Assembly: GCF_020745735.1 (NCBI RefSeq)
Contig: NW_026867509.1
Location: 992,001 to 1,056,000 of the forward strand
DNA: 64,000 nucleotides
Direction of reading: 5' to 3'
DNA from: Hemiscyllium ocellatum
Lineage: Eukaryota
Shown: one piece after another, positions 62,513-64,000 of the stretch
Layout: the number at the start of each line of letters is the position of its first letter
Position numbering within the stretch: the stretch's first letter is position 1
The notes under the pieces: model-generated
Told to the model about the DNA's origin: nothing
The model's input: the letters and a program-made list of their open reading frames with translations, nothing else
The model's database searches: none
Made by a program: the position numbers and the translations under genes

Positions 62513-62601
62513 GGTTCTTGTGCAGAGGAGACTTAATGGAGCATTGCTGTGTTATTATGACGATGTAGATGGATCCGGAACGGCGGTGACTGTCACAGCT
62601 G
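62513..62601 (+). other. NAR-TCR J segment 2 (62552-62601) with 23-RSS
   Basis: GGTTCTTGT-23-TGCTGTG, then YYDDVDGSGTAVTVTA and a phase-1 donor G|gtaagt. Confidence 0.92.
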
Positions 62602-64000
62602 GTAAGTGACTCTGCATTCCATCTTGCTATTGATTATGTTGCTGAATGATCGATTCATTGTTATCAGCTTAAATGTAAAGAAAGTTAACAAATATTTTAG
62701 AAGGAATCGCTTCTGGTCCAATGTCGGAGTTGCTTGTCAGCAGAATATACGTGTCAGGTCCTGGTTTCCACATGCGAAAAAAATGAATGGCACCTGGTCC
62801 TGAGTCAACGGTTTCACTGTACTTGTGGTATCAATCGTCAAACCGGTAAATAACGGGACACCAAAAACATGGCGAACAGGTGATTTAATGAATAAAGAGG
62901 ACTGACTGTCTGGGATCCATTCCAGGAGTTACCTGTGACCGAGGGAGCTCTTTTTGTTGCTTAGGTCACAGAAGCAAGCTTTCAGAGCTTTGCACCAGGC
63001 AGAGATTCAAGCCCGAATTCCAAACGTTCAATGAAAACATTTCACCCACGAGAAAGTCAGGAATATTACTTGGCGAACCTCAGGTAGAAAGTATCTGGCT
63101 GTACGTCAAGATGAGTTATCCTATTTGAGGAATGGGACTCAGGAATGACCGAGTTACCATTTCTTCTCAATTCATTTCATATATGCATTCGTTTAACCAA
63201 TCATATTTCCATTTTAATTGCCTGAAATTGAACGTGAAAATGTAAAGATGTTTGGTTCATTTAATGTCGGTGTTTTCAGACGTCGTTTTGCTGTAATGAA
63301 GGTAATTATCGGAACCAGCTCAAACTGAAGAATGCTCATTTAGAAACAGCAAGTAACAATTCATCAAAAGGAATACGTGACAATTTCTGGGGCATCATTC
63401 AAATTAAACCCCCTCATCAGGATGTTGTATGAGTTATATGAAGCGAAGGGATGGAATGTTTTCTACTCTGAAATGCTCGTTAGAAATTTGTTCTCCTTAC
63501 TTGAGAATGAATTAATTTGTTTTCGAACAAGTAAAGCTAATATTCACTCGACATTCACTTGAGATAGCGTTACTGTATTTTGTGAAGATATTCTGAAGTG
63601 TAAGCGCCATTGCCTACCGTTTAAAACAAGCAGAGTGATTAATTTGAACATGTAGAATTATTAAGGGGTAGATGTAGCGATATAATTTTCTCCAGACAGA
63701 AATGTCCATCCAACAGTCACAATTTGCAATTAGTGGTCAGCAGATCGGACGACGAAGAGCAGAAAGATTTTCAGACGATCGATTGTCTTGAATCAGTGGC
63801 ATTTTGTATCTCAGAAAGCAGTGGAGACCCAAGCGTGAACTGCTTTCGCTGGTTCTGTTTTGCATTAGGAGCAGCGAAGTACGAAGAGACTTCATGAAAA
63901 TCTTAAGTACAATGGCCTCGAAACTGGGATGGATGAGACTGAGATCAGAGCAATCGGCCACTATCAGAACAAATAAAGTAACGAAGGTGAAGAAATGTGC

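Overview
Cartilaginous-fish (shark) genomic DNA from the variable-segment region of the T-cell receptor alpha/delta locus. The taxon is inferred from HE1-type SINEs, CR1 LINEs and IgNAR-like V/J segments. The + strand carries one complete NAR-TCR cassette: leader, NAR-like V, D, J and a leaderless supporting V-delta (19693-23771). It also carries the first half of a second cassette (61299-62601), whose supporting V should lie just beyond the window. Conventional TCR V-alpha/delta segments lie mostly on the - strand: two with intact V exons (727-1030 and 5677-6013) and several pseudogenes. Three copies of a two-exon GPR139/GPR142-like class A GPCR are interleaved with the V segments, all on +: one intact (52489-55196) and two broken. 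The rest is transposon-rich: a young 5'-truncated CR1, many old CR1 fragments, two Gmr1-type Gypsy relics with integrase upstream of RT, HE1 SINEs, and short palindromic elements carrying minimal hammerhead-ribozyme cores. The most unusual signal is a tandem array of four 22/23-spacer RSSs (about 60 bp period) directly behind the supporting V-delta, with an open reading frame through the first unit. All coordinates and motifs were read by eye; no database searches were run.
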